Origin: Eledone cirrhosa
Lineage: Eukaryota
Assembly (NCBI GenBank): GCA_964016885.1
Contig: OZ024740.1
Location: 24,738,001 to 24,802,000 of the forward strand
Reading direction: 5' to 3'
DNA: 64,000 nucleotides
The notes beneath the pieces are model-generated. The model was given only the letters and a program-made list of their open reading frames with translations, was not told where the DNA came from and ran no database searches. Each line of letters opens with the position of its first letter. Position 1 is the first letter of the stretch. The position numbers and the translations under genes were made by a program. Positions 15,001 through 29,292 of the stretch are shown in pieces.

Positions 15001-18000
15001 ATCCCTTTCAATGGCATCAAATGTCGAACGGTTGGTCTTCCATACAACTGACTCTATCTATGGAAGATCGTCCCTTTCAATGGCATCTCATGTCGAACCG
15101 TTGGTCTTCCATATAACTGACACTGTATATGGAAGACCGTCCCTTTCAAGGGCATCTCATGTCGAATGTTTGGTCTTCCATACAACTGACACTGTATATG
15201 GAACACGGTCCCTTTCAATGGCATCTCATGTCGAACGTTTGTTATTCCATACAACTGACACTGTATATGAAAGACCATCCCTTTCAATGGCATATCATTT
15301 CGAACGATTGGTCTTCCATACAACTGACACTGTATATGGAAGCCCGTCCCTTTCAATGACATCTCATGTCGAACGTTTAGTCTTCCATACAACTGACACT
15401 GTATATGCAAGACCTCCTTTCAATGGCATCACATGTCGAACGGTTGGTCTTCCATACAACTGACACTGTATATGGAAGGCCGTCCCTTTCAATGGCATCT
15501 CTTGTCGAACGGTTGGTCTTCCATTCAACTGACACTGTATATGGAAGACCGTCCCTTTCAATGGCATCTCATGTCGAACGGTTGGTCTTCCATTCAACTG
15601 ACACTGTATATCGAAGGATGTTCCTTTCAATGAAATCTCATGTCGAACAGTTGGTGTTCCATTCAACTGACACTGTATATGGAAGACCGTCCCTTTCAAT
15701 CGCATCTCATGTCGAACGGTTGCTATTCCATTCAACTGACACTGCATATGGAAGGCCGTTCCTTTCAATGGAATCTCATGTCGAACGGTTGGTCTTCCAT
15801 TCAACTGACACTCTATTTGGAAGACCGTCCAATTCAATGTCATCTCATGCCGAACGGTTTGTCTTCCATACAACTGACACTGTATATGAAAGAACGCCCC
15901 ATTCAATGCCATCTCTTGTCGAATGGTTGGTCTTCCATACGACTGACTCTGAATATGAAAGACCGTCCCTTTCAATGTCATCTCATGTCGAAATGTTGGT
16001 CTTCCATACAACTGACACTGTATATGAAAAACCATCCCTTTCAATGGCATATCATTTGGAACGGTTGGTCTTCCATACAACTGACACTGTTTATTGAAGA
16101 CGGTCCCTTTCAATGGCATCCTATTTCGAACCGTTGGCCTTCCATTCAACTGACACTCTATATGGAAGACCGTCCCTTTCAATGGCATCTCATGTCGAAC
16201 GGTTAGTCTTCCATACAACTGACACTGTATATGGAAGACTGTCCCTTTCATTGGCATCTCATGTCGAACGTTTGGTCTTCCATACAACTGACACTGTATA
16301 TGGAAGACGGTCCCTTTCAATGGCATATCATTTCGAACCGTTGGTCTTCCATACAACTGACACTCTATATGGAAGACCGTCCCTTTCAATGTCATCTCAT
16401 ATCGAACGGTTGCTCTTCCATACAACTGACACTGTATATGGAAGAAAGTCCCTTTCAATGGCATCTCATGTCGAATGGTTGGTCTTCCATACAACTGACA
16501 CTGTATATGGAAGACCGTCCCTTTCAATGGCATCTCATGTCGAACCGTTGGTCTTCCATACAACTGATACTGTATATGGAAGACCGTCCCTTTATAGGGC
16601 TTCTCATGTCGAATGTTGTGTCTTCCAGACAACTGACACTGTATATGAAAGACCGTCTCTTTCAATGGCATCTCATGTCGAACGGTTGGTCTTCCATACA
16701 ACTGATACTGTATATGGAAGGCCGTCTCTTTCAATGGCATCTCATGTAGAACGGTTGGTCTTCCATACAACTGATACTGTATATGGAAGGCCGTCCCTTT
16801 CAATGGCATCTCAAGTCAAACGTTTGTTATTCCATACAACTGACACTGTATATGAAAGACCATCCCTTTCAATGTCATATCATTTAGAACGATTGGTCTT
16901 CCATACAACTGACACTGTATATGGAAGACTGTCCCTTTCAATGGCATCTCATGTCAAACGGTTGGTCTTTCATACAACTGACACTGTATATGAAATACCT
17001 CCCTTTGAATGGCATCTCATGTCGAACGGTTGGTCTTCCATATAACTGACACTGTATATGAAATACCGTCCTTTCAATGGCATCTCATGTCGAACGATTG
17101 GTGTTGCATACAACTGACACTGTATATGGAAGACCGTCCCTTTCCATGGCATATCATGTCGAACATTTGGCATTCCATACAGCTGACACTGTATATGAAA
17201 AACCATCCCTCTCAATGGCATATCATTTCGAACGGTTGGTCTTCCATACAACTGACACTGTTTATTGAAGACGGTCCCTTTGAATCGCATCTCATTTCGA
17301 ACCGTTGGCCTTCCATACAACTGACACTCTATATGGAAGACCGTCCCTTTCAATGGCATCTCATGTCGAACGGTTGGTCTTTCATACAACTAACACTGTA
17401 TATGGAAGACGGTCCCTTTCAATGGCATCTCATGTCGAACGGTTGGTCTTCCATACAACTAACACTGTATATGGAAGACGGTCCCTTTCAATGGCAACTC
17501 ATGTCGAACAGTTGGTCTTCCGTTCATCTGACACTGTATATGTAAGACCGTCCCTTTCAATCGCATCTCATGTCGAACGGTTGCTCTTCCATACAACTGA
17601 CACTCTATATGGAAGACTGTCCAATTCAATGGCATCTCATGTCGAACGGTTAGTCTTCCTTACAACTGACACTGTATATGGAAGAACGCCCCATTCAATG
17701 TCATCTCATGTCGAACGGTTGGTCTTCCATACAACTGACACTGTATATGGAAGACCGTCCCTTTCAATGGCATCTCATGTCGAACGTTTGTTATTCCATA
17801 CAACTGACACTGTATATGAAAAACCATCCCTTTCAATGGCATATCATTTCTAACGATTGGTCTTCCATACAACTGACACTGTATATGAAAGACGGTCCCT
17901 TTCAATGGCATTTCATGTCGAACCGTTGGTCTTCCATACAACTCACACTCTATATGGAAGACCGTCCCTTTCAATGGCATCTCATGTCGAACGGTTGGTC

Positions 18001-21000
18001 TTTATACAACTGACACTCTATATGAAAGACAGTCCCTTTCACTGGCATCTCATGTCGAACGATTGGTCTTCCATACAACTGACACTGTATATGAAAGACC
18101 GTCCCTTTGAATCGCATCTCATGTCGAACGGTTGCTCTTCCATACAACTGACACTCTATATGGAAGACCGTCCAACTCAATGTCATCTCATGTCGAACGT
18201 TTGGTCTTCCATACAACTGACACTGTATATGGAAAGCCGTTCCTTTCAATGGCATCTCATGTCGAACAGTTGGTCTTCCATTCAACTGACACTGTATATG
18301 GTAGACCGTCCAATTCAATGGCATATCATGTCGAATGTTTGGTCTTTCATACAACTAACTCTGAATATGAAAGACCGTCCCTTTCAATGTCATCTCATGT
18401 CGAAGATTTGGTCTTCCATACAACTGACACTGTATATGAAAGACCATCCCTTTCAATGGCATATCATGTCGAACGGTTATCTTCCATACAACTGACACTA
18501 TATATGGAAGACGGTCCCTTTCAATGGCATCCCATGTCGAACCGTTGGTCTTCCATACAACTGACACTCTATATGGAAGACCGTCCCTTTCAATGTCATC
18601 TCATGTCGAACGGTTGGTCTTCGATACAACTGACACTGTATATGGAAGACAGTCCCTTTCAATGGCATCTCATGTTGAATGGTTGGTCTTTCATACAACT
18701 GACTGTATATGGAAGACCGTCCCTTTCAATGGCATCTCATGTCGAAGGCTTGGTCTTCCATACAACTGACACTGTATATGTAAGATCGTTCCATTCAATG
18801 GCATCTCATGTCGAACGGTTGGTCTACCATACAACTGACTCTATATATGGAAGACCGTCCCTTTCAATGGCAACTCATGTCGAACCGTTGGACTTCCATA
18901 CAACTGACACTGTATATGGAAGACCGTCCCTTTCAAGGGCATCTCATGTTGAATGGTTGGTCTTCCAAACAACTGACTCTGTATATGAAAGACAGTCCCT
19001 TTCAATGGCATCTCATGTCGAATGTTTGGTCTTCCATACAACTGACTCTGAATATGGAAGAACGTCTCTTTCAATGGCATCTCATGTAGAACGGTTGGTC
19101 TTCCATACAACTGACACTGTATATGGAAGACGGTCCCTTTCAATGGCATCTCATGTCGAACGTTTGTTATTCCATACCACTGACACTGTATATGAAAGAC
19201 CATCCCTTTCAATGGCATATCATTTCGAACGATTGATCTTCCATACAACTGACACTGTATATGGAAGCCCGTCCCTTTCAATGGCATCTCATGTCGAACC
19301 GTTGGTCTTCCATACAACTGAAACTCTATATGGAAGACGTCACTTTCAATGGCATCTCATGTCGAACGGTTGGTCTTCCATACAACTGACACTGTATATA
19401 GACGACCGTTACATCCAATGGCATCTCATGTCGAACGTTTAGTCTTCCATACAACTGACACTGTATATGAAAGACCGTCCCTTTCAATGGCATCTCATGT
19501 CGAACTGTTGGTCTTTATACAACTGACACTGTATATGAAAGACCGTCCGTTTCAATCGCATATCATGTCGAACGGTTGGTCTTCCATACAACTGACATTG
19601 TATATGGAAGGCCGTCCCTTTCAATGGCATCTCTTGTCGAACGGTTGGTCTTCCATTCAACTGACACTGTATATGGAAGGCTGTTCCTTTCAATGGAATC
19701 TCATGTCGAACAGTTGGTCTTCCATTCAACTGACACTGTATATGGAAGACCGTCCCTTTCAATCGCATCTCATGTCGAACGGTTGCTATTCCATTCAACT
19801 GACACTGCATATGGAAGGGCGTTCCTTTCAATGGAATCTCATGTCGAACGGTTGGTATTCCATTCAACTGACACTCTATATGGAAGACCGTCCAATTCAA
19901 TGGCATCTCATGCCGAACGGTTTGTCTTCCATACAATTGACACTGTATATGAAAGAACGCCCCATTCAATGGCATCTCATGTCGAATGGTTGGTCTTCCA
20001 TTCAACTGACTCTGAATATGAAAGACCGTCCCTTTCAATGTCATCTCATGTCGAAATTTTGGACTTCCATACAACTGACACTGTATATGAAAGACCATCC
20101 CTTTCAATGGCATATCATGTCGAACGGTTGGTCTTCCATACAACTGATACTGTATACGAAAAACCACCCCTTTCAATGGCATATCATTTCGAACGGTTGG
20201 TCTTCCATACAACTGACACTGTTTATTGAAGACGGTCCCTTTCAATGGCATCTTATTTCGAACCGTTGGCCTTCCATTCAACTGACACTCTATATGGAAG
20301 ACCGTCCCTTTCAATGGCATCTCATGTCGAACTGTTGTTCTTCCATACAATTCACACTGTATATTGAAGGACGTCCCTTTCAATGGCACATCATGTCGAA
20401 CGTTGGGCTTCCATACAACTGACACTGTATATGGAAGACCTCCCTTTCAATGGCATCTCATGTCGAACGGTTGTTCTTCCATACAACTGACACTCTATAT
20501 GGAAGACCGTCCCTTTCAATGTCATCTCATGTCGAACGGTTGGTCTTCCATACAACTGACAGTGTATATGGAAAACCGTCCCTTTCATTGGCATCTCATG
20601 TTGAACGTTTGGTCTTCCATAAAACTGACACTGTATATGGAAGACGGTCCCTTTCAATGGCATATCATGTCGAACCGTTGGTCTTCCATACAACTGACAC
20701 TCTATATGGAAGACAGTCCCTTTCAATGTCATCTCATATCGAACGGTTGGTCTTCCATACAACTGACACTGTATATAGAAGACTGTCCCTTTCAATGGCA
20801 TCTCATGTCGAACAGTTGGTCTTCCATACAACTAACACTGTATATGGAAGCCCGTCCCTTTCAATGGCATCTCATGTCAAACGGTTGGTCTTTCATACAA
20901 CTGACACTGTATATGAAATACCTCCCTTTGAATGCCATCTTATGGCGAACGGTTGTTCTTCCATATAACTGACACTGTGTATGAAATACCGTCCTTTCAA

Positions 21001-24000
21001 TAGCATCTCATGTCGAACGATTGGTGTTGCATACAACTGACACTGTATATGGAAGACCGTCCCTTTCCATGGCATCTCATGTCGAACATTTGGCATTCCA
21101 TACAACTGACACTGTATATGAAAAACCATCCCTTTCAATGGCATATCATTTCGAACGGTTGGTCTTCCATACAACTGACACTGTTTATTGAAACGGTCCC
21201 TTTCAATCGCATTTCATTTCGAACCGTTGGCCTTCCATACAACTGACACTCTATATGGAAGACCGTCCCTTTCAATGGCATCTCATGTCGAACGGTTGGT
21301 CTTCCATACAACTAACACTGTATATGGAAGACGGTCCCTTTCAATGGCATCTCATGTCGAACGGTTGGTCTTCCATACAACTAACACTGTATATGGAAGA
21401 CGGTCCCTTTCAATGGCATCTCATGTCGAACGGTTGGTCTTTATACAACTGACACTCTATATGAAAGACAGTCCCTTTCAATGGCATCTCATGTCGAACG
21501 ATTGGTCTTCCATAAAACTGACACTGGATATGAAAGACCGTCCATTTCAATCGCATATCATGTCGAACGGTTGGTCTTCCATAGAACTGACACTGTATAT
21601 GGAAGACCGTCCCTTTCAATGACATCTCATGTCGAACGGTTGGTCTTCCATTCAACTGACACTGTATATGGAAGACCGTCCATTTCAATGGCATCTCATG
21701 TCAAACGTTTGTTTTTCCATACAACTGACACTGTATATGAAAGACCATCCCTTTCAATGGCATATCATTTAGAACGATTGGTCTTCCATACAACTGACAC
21801 TGTATATGGAAGACGGTCCCTTTCAATTGCATCTTATTTCGAACCGTTGGCCTTCCATTCAACTGACACTCTATATGGAAGACCGTCCCTTTCAATGGCA
21901 TCTCATGTCGAACGGTTGGTCTTCCATACAACTGACACTGTATATGGAAGACCGTCCCTTTCAATGGCATCTCATGTCGAACTGTTGTTCTTCCATACAA
22001 TTCACACTGTATATTGAAGGACGTCCCTTTCAATGGCACATCATGTCGAACGTTTGGGCTTCCATACAACTGACACTGTATATGGAAGACCTCCCTTTCA
22101 ATGGCATCTCATGTCGAACGGTTGGTCTTCCATACAACTGACACTCTATATGGAAGACCGTCCCTTTCAATGTCATCTCATGTCGAACGGTTGGTCTTCC
22201 ATACAACTGACACTGTATATGGAAGACCGTCCCTTTCATTGGCATCTCAAGTCGAACGTTTGGTCTTCCATACAACTGACACTGTATATGGAAGACGGTC
22301 CCTTTCAATGGCATATCATGTCGAACCGTTGGTCTTCCATACAACTGACACTCTATATGGAAGACCGTTCCATTCAATGTCATCTCATGTCGAACGATTG
22401 GTCTTCCATACAACTGACTCTGTATATGGAAGACCGTCCCTTTCAATGGCATCTCATGTCGAATCGTTGGTCTTCCATACAACTGATACTGTATATGGAA
22501 GTCCGTCCCTTTCAAGGGCTTCTCATGTCGAATGGTTTGTCTTCCAGACAACTGACACTGTATATGAAAGACGGTCTCTTTCAATGGCATCTCATGTCGA
22601 ACGGTTGGTCTTCCATACAACTGACACTGTATATGGAAGGCCGTCCCTTTCAATGGCATCTCATGTCAAACGTTTGTTATTCCATACAACTGACACTGTA
22701 TATGAAAGACCATCCCTTTCAATGGCATATCATTTAGAACGATTTGTCTTCCATACAACTGACACTGTATATGGAAGACGGTCCTTTCAATGGCATCTCA
22801 TGTCGAACCGTTGGTTTTCCATACAACTGACACTCTATATGCAAGACCGTCCCTTTCAATTGCATCTCATGTCGAATGATTGGTCTTCCATACAACTGAC
22901 ACTGTATATAGAAGACCGTTCCTTTCAATGGCATCTCATGTCGAACGTTTAGTCGTCCATACAACTGACACTGTATATGAAAGACCGTCCTATCAATGGC
23001 ATCTCATGTCGAACGGTTGGTCTTTATACAACTGACACTGTATATGAAAGACCGTCCATTTCCATCGCATATCATGTCAAACGGTTTGTCTTCCATACAA
23101 CGAACACTGTATATGGAAGACCGTCCCTTTCAATGGCATCTCATGTCGAACGGTTGGACTTCCATTCAACTGATACTGTATATGGAAAGCCGTTCCTTTC
23201 AATGGCATCTCATGTCGAACAGTTCGTCTTCCATTCATCTGACACTGTATATGGAAGACCGTCCCTTTCAATCGCATCTTATGTCGAACGGTTGCTCTTC
23301 CATACAACTGACACTCTATATGGAAGACCGTCCAATTCAATGGCATCTCATGTCGAACGGTTAGTCTTCCTTACAACTGACACTGTATATGGAAGAACGC
23401 CCCATTCAATGGTATCTCATGTCGAACGGTTGGCCTTCCATTCAACTGACACTGTATATGGAAGGCCGTTTCTTTCAATGGCATCTCATATCGAACAGTT
23501 GGTCTTCCATTCAACTGACACTGTATATGTAAGACCATCCCTTTCAATCGCATCTCATGTCGAACGGTTGCTCTTCCATACAACTGACACTCTATATGGA
23601 AGACCGTCCCTTTCAATGGCATCTCATGTCGAACGGTTGGTCTTCCATACAACTGACATTGTATATGAAAGACCGTCCCTTTCAATGGCATCTCATGTCG
23701 AACGGTTGGTCTTCCATTCATCTGACACTGTATATGGAAGACCGTCCCTTTCAATGGCATCTCATGTCGAAATTTTGTTAATCCATACAACTGACACTGT
23801 ATATGAAAGACCATCCCTTTCAATGGCATATCATGTCGAACGATTGGTCTTCCATACAACTGACACTGTATATGGAAGACGGTCCCTTTCAATGGCATCT
23901 CATGTCGAACCATTGGTCTTCCATACAACTGACACTCTATATGGAAGACCGTCCCTTTCAATGGCATCTCATGTCGAACGGTTGGTCTTCCATACAACTG

Positions 24001-25198
24001 ACACTGTATATGGAAGACCGCCCCTTTCAATGACATCTCATGTCGAACAGTTGGTCTTCCATACAACTGACACTGTATATGGAAAACCATCCCTTTCAAT
24101 CGCATCTGATGTCGAACGGTTGGTCTTCCATACAACTGAAACTGTATAAGGAAGAACGCCCTATTCAATGGCATCTCATGTAGAACGGTTGGTCTTCCAT
24201 ACAACTGACACTGTATATGGAAGAACGTCCCTTCCAATGGCATCTCATGTCGAACGGTTGGTCTTCCATACAACTGACACTGTATATGGAAAACCGTCCC
24301 TTTCAATGGCATCTCATGTCGAACGGTTGGTCTTCCATACAACTGACACTGTATATGGAAGACCGTCCCTTTCAATGGCAACTCATGTCGAACTGTTGGT
24401 CTTCCATACAACTGACACTGTATATGGAAGACCGTCCCTTTCAATGGCATCTCATGTCGAACGGTTGGTCTTCCATACAACTGACACTGTATATGGAAGA
24501 CCGTCCCTTTCAATGGCATCTCATGTCGAACTGTTGGTCTTCCATACAACTGACACTGTATATGGAAGACCGTCCCTTTCAATGGCATCTCATGTCGAAC
24601 AGTTGGTCTTCCATTCAACTGACACTGTATATTGAAGACCGCCCCTTTCTATGGCATCTCATGTCGAACGGTTGGTCTTCCATACAACTGACATTGTATA
24701 TGGAAGACCGTCCCTTTCAATGGCATCTCATGTCGAACGGTTGGTCTTCCATACAACTGACACTGTATATGGAAGACCGTCTCTTTCAATGGCATCTCAT
24801 GTCGAACGGTTGGTCTTCCATACAACTGACACTGTATATGGAAGACCGTCCCTTTCAATGGCATATCAGTTCGAACGGTTGGTCTTCCATACAACTGACA
24901 CTGTATATGGAAGACCGTCCCTTTCAATGGCATATCATGTCGAACGGTTGGTCTTCCATACAACTGACACTGTATATGGAAGACCGTCCCTTTCAATGGC
25001 ATCTCATTTCGAACTGTTGTTCTTCCATACAATTGACACTGTATATGGAAGACCGTCCCTTTCAATGGCATCTCATGTCGAACGGTTGGTATTCCATACA
25101 CCTGACAGTGTATATGAAAGACCATCCCTTTCAATGGCATATCATGTCGAAAGATTGGTCTTCCATACAACTGGCACTGTAAATGAAAGACCGTCCCT
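1..25198. repeat. Tandem satellite array, 69-bp monomer, about 365 copies; runs off the left edge of the window
   Basis: Consensus TCAATGGCATCTCATGTCGAACGGTTGGTCTTCCATACAACTGACACTGTATATGGAAGACCGTCCCTT repeats head-to-tail with scattered substitutions and small deletions. The 23-aa periodic ORFs on both strands reflect the 69-bp period. Confidence 0.99.
560..14150. repeat. Recent higher-order duplications within the satellite (three related blocks)
   Basis: The variant TATTCCATACATGACAC (3-bp deletion) recurs at 1691, 5893 and 10764 (offsets 4202 and 4871). ORF pairs 6122..7774/10993..12645 and 5037..5354/9908..10225 are near-identical at offset 4871. Block edges are approximate. Confidence 0.92.
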
Positions 25199-25275
25199 TC
25201 TTCTTCTTCTTCTTCTTCTTCTTCTTCTTCTTCTTCTTCTTCTTCTTCTTCTTCTTCTTCTTCTTCTTCTTCTTC
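25197..25275. repeat. (CTT)n microsatellite directly abutting the satellite end
   Basis: Pure TTC run beginning within the terminal CCCTT of the last monomer. Confidence 0.97.
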
Positions 25276-25851
25276 AAATGTGCCACAAATGTTATCCTTT
25301 GGAAACTATATCGATTTATCTCATGTTTTCGATAATATTTAAATAGAATTTCTTCGGTTAATTCTTGACAATTGTTCCGAGTATTATCTCAGTGTTTGCG
25401 CTCTGTCAATATTAACAATGGCGTTTTTCCTTGAAAGCAGGGTGCCATCGTGTTATGATGCCTATTTCGTTTTAGTTCTGCTGAAAAAGCCACATTCTTC
25501 CAAGTCTGGAACAATTGCACGTGGTTATCTGAAGAATTCTGTCTCCGTTTAAACGAAGAACGTCATTAAAACACTACTGAATTTATTCTGAAGGAGAACA
25601 ACAAACTCTCTCTTATTTTATTGGCTTTCATTCATTCATTCATTCATTCATTCATTTATTGTTTCTTTCATTTTCCTTTCTCAATTTTATTCCTTTTATA
25701 TCTTTTTCATTCTGTTTCATTTCTTCTTTATCTCTTCTGTCCTTCTCCTTCTCTATACATTTTCTTTTTCTTTCCTTCAAATTTTTCTCATTCTATTTAT
25801 AAATTCCTTTTATTTCCTTCGTTTCATTGCTTCATTTATTTGCTTTGTGGA

Positions 25852-25961
25852 TTCTTCTTCTTCTTCTTCTTCTTCTTCTTCTTCTTCTTCTTCTTCTTCT
25901 TCTTCTTCTTCTTCTTCTTCTTCTTCTTCTTCTTCTTCTTCTTCTTCTTCTTCTTCTTCTT

Positions 25962-26018
<57 letters not shown>
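25852..26018. repeat. Compound (TTC)n-(TAC)n microsatellite
   Basis: Pure trinucleotide runs; these explain the poly-F/L/S/Y/T/R ORFs. Confidence 0.97.
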
Positions 26019-26020
<2 letters not shown>

Positions 26021-26126
26021 CCCTTTGTGTATTTGTTCCGATTCATCAATGACTCTCTTTTGACTCTCACACGGATGGACACTCCCAAACATATTCACAA
26101 ACTCTCGCACACACAAAAACAAGCAC

Positions 26127-26246
26127 ACGGAAAAAATGAAACGAAATTTCACCACGGCGTAATACGGGATGTTTGTTTACAAACACACGAGCATTATAAT
26201 AAATGTTCGGTGTATCCATACGTACATATATATATATGTGTGCATG

Positions 26247-26315
<69 letters not shown>

Positions 26316-26870
26316 ATATATATATATATACATACTACTGTGCGTCTGTATACATATATGTATGTACGTGTACATACTTATATTTAAGTAACAGCCGTAC
26401 TAAGAGTGGGAAATGAAATTTCGTTTCATTTTTTCCGTTTATCGTTTTCGGTGCACCCGGCCGATTAACCCACTCGATATGCAAATTGGGCTACTCAGCC
26501 GTTAATATGCATAAGGTAAGTATATACGTTCAACAATCTGGCAGGAAGGTATACGTTGCTGACGATAGCTAATAAGCTTGAAACTAGTACAGCGTTTCTT
26601 TGTCAGTGTTGAACAAACGAGCAACGATGGTTGCTGGACACTACGGCTTAATACGGGATGTTTGTTTACAAACACACCGAGCATCATAATAAATGTTCGG
26701 TGAATCCATACGTACATATATATATGTGTGTGTATGTATATATATATATATATATATATATACATACTACTGTGCGTCTGTATACATATATGTATGTACG
26801 TATACATACTTATATTTAAGTAACAGCCGTACTAAGAGTGAGAAATGAAATTTCGTTTCATTTTTTCCGT
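26127..26870. repeat. Microsatellite-containing interspersed repeat, two direct copies; the first is bounded by a 25-bp inverted repeat (MITE/fold-back-like)
   Basis: ACGGAAAAAATGAAACGAAATTTCA (26127-26151) is the reverse complement of 26414-26438. The block TAATACGGGATGTTTGTTTACAAAC...(TA)n...CAGCCGTACTAAGAGTG is repeated at 26649-26870. Confidence 0.8.
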
Positions 26871-26871
26871 T

Positions 26872-26913
<42 letters not shown>

Positions 26914-26932
26914 TACACACACACACACACAC

Positions 26933-26983
<51 letters not shown>

Positions 26984-26987
26984 TTAC

Positions 26988-27097
<110 letters not shown>

Positions 27098-27126
27098 GTA
27101 TATATATATATATATAGTGAGTTAGA

Positions 27127-27975
27127 CACTCAGAGTATTCTCTTACAATTAAATAGCTCTAAGAAAAAACCTTTTCCGAGCCGTACAATATGATTGAATA
27201 AACAAGAGAGATGAACACTAATATAAACATACATGTGTTCGAATCGTAAGGACCAAGTTTGCTAGGGGGAAAAAATACTAACTACAGCAATATGGTTTGT
27301 CAGACTTAATTTTAAGTATTAAATTAAGAAAAATAACAGGCCTATATTTGGCTATCGCCTAGTAACAACTAAACAGTTTTGGAAACTGTTTCGCAACATC
27401 TTATCAAGTGAAGTCCACAATTTTATCTGCTCCTCAGTAGTTGTTGAGAAATTAGTGATCCTTCCAATTCTAAAAATATTAGAGACTGAACTGTGTACGA
27501 TATGAATTATCGCACGTGTCATTCGGAACCCAGCTTGTCTCGTAATTCCATACCGCTAAAAAAAGCAGCCTGGTTAACAGGACATTAAAATTATCTCTAC
27601 ATGATGGAGCCGACAAGTTAAGAACTCAGAGTAGACTCTTTCAATTAAATAGCTCTAAGAAAAAAGCTTTTCCGAGCCGTACAATATATTTGAATAAACA
27701 AGAGAGATGAACATTAATATAAACATACATGTGTTCGAATCGTAAGGAACAAATTTACTAGGGTGAAAAAATGCTAACTAAAGAAATATGGTTTGTCAGA
27801 CCTAATTATATAAACCCAATATAGGTCTGTTATTTTTCTTAATTTAATACTTAAAATTAATTCTGACAAACCATTTTACTGTAGTTAGTATTTTTTCACC
27901 CAAGCAAACTTGGTCCTTACGATTCGAACACATGTATGTTTATATTAGTGTTCATCACTATTGTTTATTCAATTA
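27127..27975. repeat. ~200-bp segment present as two direct copies plus one inverted copy
   Basis: 27127-27350 matches 27624-27807 (direct). 27815-27973 is the reverse complement of the distal part (GTTCGAATCGTAAGGAC vs GTCCTTACGATTCGAAC). Confidence 0.88.
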
Positions 27976-28009
27976 TATATATATATATATACTACCGTAC
28001 ATTTTGGTA

Positions 28010-28651
<642 letters not shown>

Positions 28652-28901
28652 TGTGCATATATACATACATACTTACAAAAGAATATGTAATCAGGTGCAT
28701 ATGCATATATGAATACATTCATATGCATATGTTTGCCCCTCTCTCCCTCTCTCTAACTCTACGACCATTCCTCTCGTCCTCTGTCTATCCATTACTTTTC
28801 ATCAGTTCCACATTTTCAGTTGTACAAAATCTGGTTTTAGAGTGCAGCTCCATTTTCTTCGTATCTGACATTCCTTAGACATTATTTCACACGGAAATAA
28901 T

Positions 28902-29292
28902 TATTTCTACTTTTGGCACAAGGCCAGCAATACATTTTAGCACAGTACATTACTGGTACTTTATTTTATCGACGCCGTAAGGATGAAAGGCAAAGTTAAC
29001 CTCGGCGGGATTTGAACTCAGAATGTCAAGGGCGGTAACACTGTGCTGCAAAGCATGGTGTCTGACGCTCCACCGAGACTGCCAATGTTTCTACTTTTGG
29101 TTCAAGGCCTGCAAATACCCCAGTACATTACTGGTACTTTATTTTATCAACCCCGTAAGGATGAAAGGCAAAGTTAACCACGGCGGGATTTGAACTCAGA
29201 CAATAAAGGGCAGTAACTCTATTCATCAAAGCATGGCGTCCGACCCTATACCGATACTGCCAATCCACCACCCTTATGCCAATCCACAGCCC
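28902..29292 (-). mobile_element. Head-to-tail dimer of tRNA-derived SINE family A with 20-bp flanking direct repeat
   Basis: Two copies of GTTTCTACTTTTGG...TTTTATCGACCCCGTAAGGATGAAAGGCAAAGTTAACC...GGGATTTGAACTC. On the - strand there is an A-box-like TGGCAGT.TCGG and a B-box GAGTTCAAATCC. Flanks are TTATTTCACAC(G/T)GAAATAAT at 28882-28901 and 29293-29312. Confidence 0.88.

Noticed and set aside
1-25198. CRISPR-like array (palindromic repeats at regular spacing)
   Set aside because: The sequence between hairpins is as conserved as the hairpins, so there are no unique spacers. No cas genes are present and the context is eukaryotic.
1-25198. tRNA-like monomer on the - strand (GTTCGA ... TGCCA) or hammerhead satellite
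   Set aside because: No T-stem, acceptor stem or cloverleaf can be formed, and no CTGANGA/GAAA core is present.
1-25346. Dozens of long ORFs (up to 649 aa) with 23-aa repeats on both strands
   Set aside because: The 69-bp period is a multiple of 3 and three of six frames lack stops in the consensus. Frequent frameshifting indels swap frames freely, and there is no C2H2 spacing or other domain.
25276-25600. Possible ancient LINE fragment on the - strand (KN*PKKFY-like peptide)
   Set aside because: A single weak motif among multiple stops; insufficient without an HMM search.
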